The notes below the pieces were generated by a model. It was not told the DNA's origin. It saw nothing but the letters and a program-made list of their open reading frames with translations, and searched no databases. Source: Lingula anatina (taxonomy: Eukaryota > Animalia > Brachiopoda). From it: DNA of 64,000 nt. This document shows, piece after piece, positions 62,441 to 64,000 of this stretch. The stretch is taken from assembly GCA_051362555.1 (NCBI GenBank), contig CM120644.1, positions 2,054,954 through 2,118,953 on the forward strand, given 5' to 3'. The translations under genes and the position numbers were made by a program. Within the stretch, counting starts at the first letter, position 1; every line of letters begins with the position of its first letter.

Positions 62441-64000
62441 TGCTGTTTAACTTATACTAACCTACTTTGTACAAATATGGTTTCAATAAATCGCCAAAAT
62501 TATTACATTAATGAACATTGTGTATCAAACGTTTTGCATCTTATTTACTCTTCCTGGAAGGCCAAATACTGTGATGAACCTTGTCATTTGATAACGACAT
62601 ATCTCGGTCGTCTTTTCTTTGTGTCCCATGCGTTGAAGGGTTTACTGTGTATTTGCCTGACGGTAGAAGGATTGAGGGGGGAGGGGAGTGAAGGTACATG
62701 TGCAGCTAGCGTATTGTTATTGGTTTATTTTTGAAAGCAATTTGGATTTATATACATATACACGCCTTCAAGGTGCGTTATATGCATTCACCTCAGAAAA
62801 AGTTTACTTTCGTTCAGATTGGAAGAACAGATACATTAAAACAAAACTGCTGAGAATAAAGCTGATTTACGACACTTTTTTTACATATCCCGTCCAGGAC
62901 ATCTACCATTAAACGATTAGATTTAAATTTAAAGAAAATACGTTTTCGTGGGATTGTAGCGTTGCCGCATGTCTAAATTTGGTTGTAAAACAGAATATAA
63001 AAGTCAGAATTAAGATAATGCAATTGTAGATCTAGTGCAATGCAGAGATATCGCATTTAAGCACCGTCGAAGTGAATAAAACTAATCCCGATATTTATGT
63101 TAACTGTTGCGCTTCATAACACTGATAAGTTTGAATTAAATACGGTAAAAATCACAATTGTTTATACTGATACGATATTTTATTCAATATTATTTCTCTT
63201 TATATGATGCAAGCTGTGGTCGGACAAACCAGTATTTGTCTAGTCACGCGAAGTTTATACAGTTTGTTGGTTTATCTAAAATTAGAGCACAAATACATGT
63301 GTTTGTATGATAAGACAGCAAAGTCACCTCACGCGGCGATATAATTAGACGTTAACGTGTAAAAGATATTAAAAAAACCAAAGACCACTGAACATGCAGG
63401 CATTTTAGGGCAAGATAAAAGTAAGTGTGCTTATTCTTTTCATTATTTAGACTGTGCTACACAATTTTGTTTTGCGTGGGTACTTATGAATAGTGGTCGC
63501 ATACATGGGGTAAGAACCGCTTTTAATATTTATGGATTATTTAGAAAAAATAATGTCCTGAAATTATTCATAAATGATCCCTAATTACCGACATTAAATC
63601 CGATACCAGGAAGAATATACGTACCCTGTTCGTGAGTAGAAATCATTGCCAAATAACACAGTCCCTGACATAATTAAGGTCGTTACTAACCGTTCGTCAC
63701 AATTCTGTTGCATCATTATTTAATGAATATCGTATAATCATGGCGTTACCGTTTTAAAAAGATGTCGTACGTTTCATCGATTATATGCAGCCAATGTTAC
63801 CATCTTCTGGGGTAAAGAAAAACCGCCCCAGGGTGGTGAACTGGTGAAATCAATTCATTACGATGTTGAAACATATTGTATTATCGATGTAAACTAAAAT
63901 GTTCATGACGAACCTAACGACTCCATGTGTAATAATTTTATGTGCACTGATGGTAGCTTTGTCAGTATAGGTATATTTTATGTATCGTAGCATCCTGTTG

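Larger units (their letters stand above)
59440..63710 (+). repeat. Diverged local segmental duplication (59440-60650 versus 62537-63710)
   Basis: Colinear matches such as GAAGGCCAAA..TGTGATGAACCTTGTCA.TTGATAAC, CAGCAAAGTCACCTCACGCGGCGATATA, AAAGACCACTGAACA and GAGTAGAAATCATTG. Confidence 0.88.

Overview
Eukaryotic, AT-rich, intron-rich animal DNA. The gene content and repeats suggest an invertebrate, possibly a lophotrochozoan such as a mollusc (inference). Three multi-exon + strand genes were assembled by hand from GT-AG sites with consistent phases. (1) A complete 12-exon class B1 (secretin family) GPCR of about 639 aa, PTH-receptor-like, at 4926-29360. (2,3) A tandem pair of 9-exon type-I membrane mucins (Ser/Thr region, SEA, Cys-rich/EGF, TM, tail) at 32951-43894 and 47262-55378, whose EGF and tail motifs resemble vertebrate MUC3/12/17. 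Paralog 1 carries about 61 indel-free 60-bp repeats. Paralog 2 instead has a furin site plus a Ser-Gly cluster and an apparent 1-nt frameshift after its signal peptide. Noncoding DNA holds many PIF/Harbinger-type and other MITEs, a solo LTR, a tRNA-like element, an L2 LINE remnant and microsatellites. Unusual items include tandem duplications of exon ends (one with seven copies of a splice donor) and a GATA/Fox-like noncoding module present four times.
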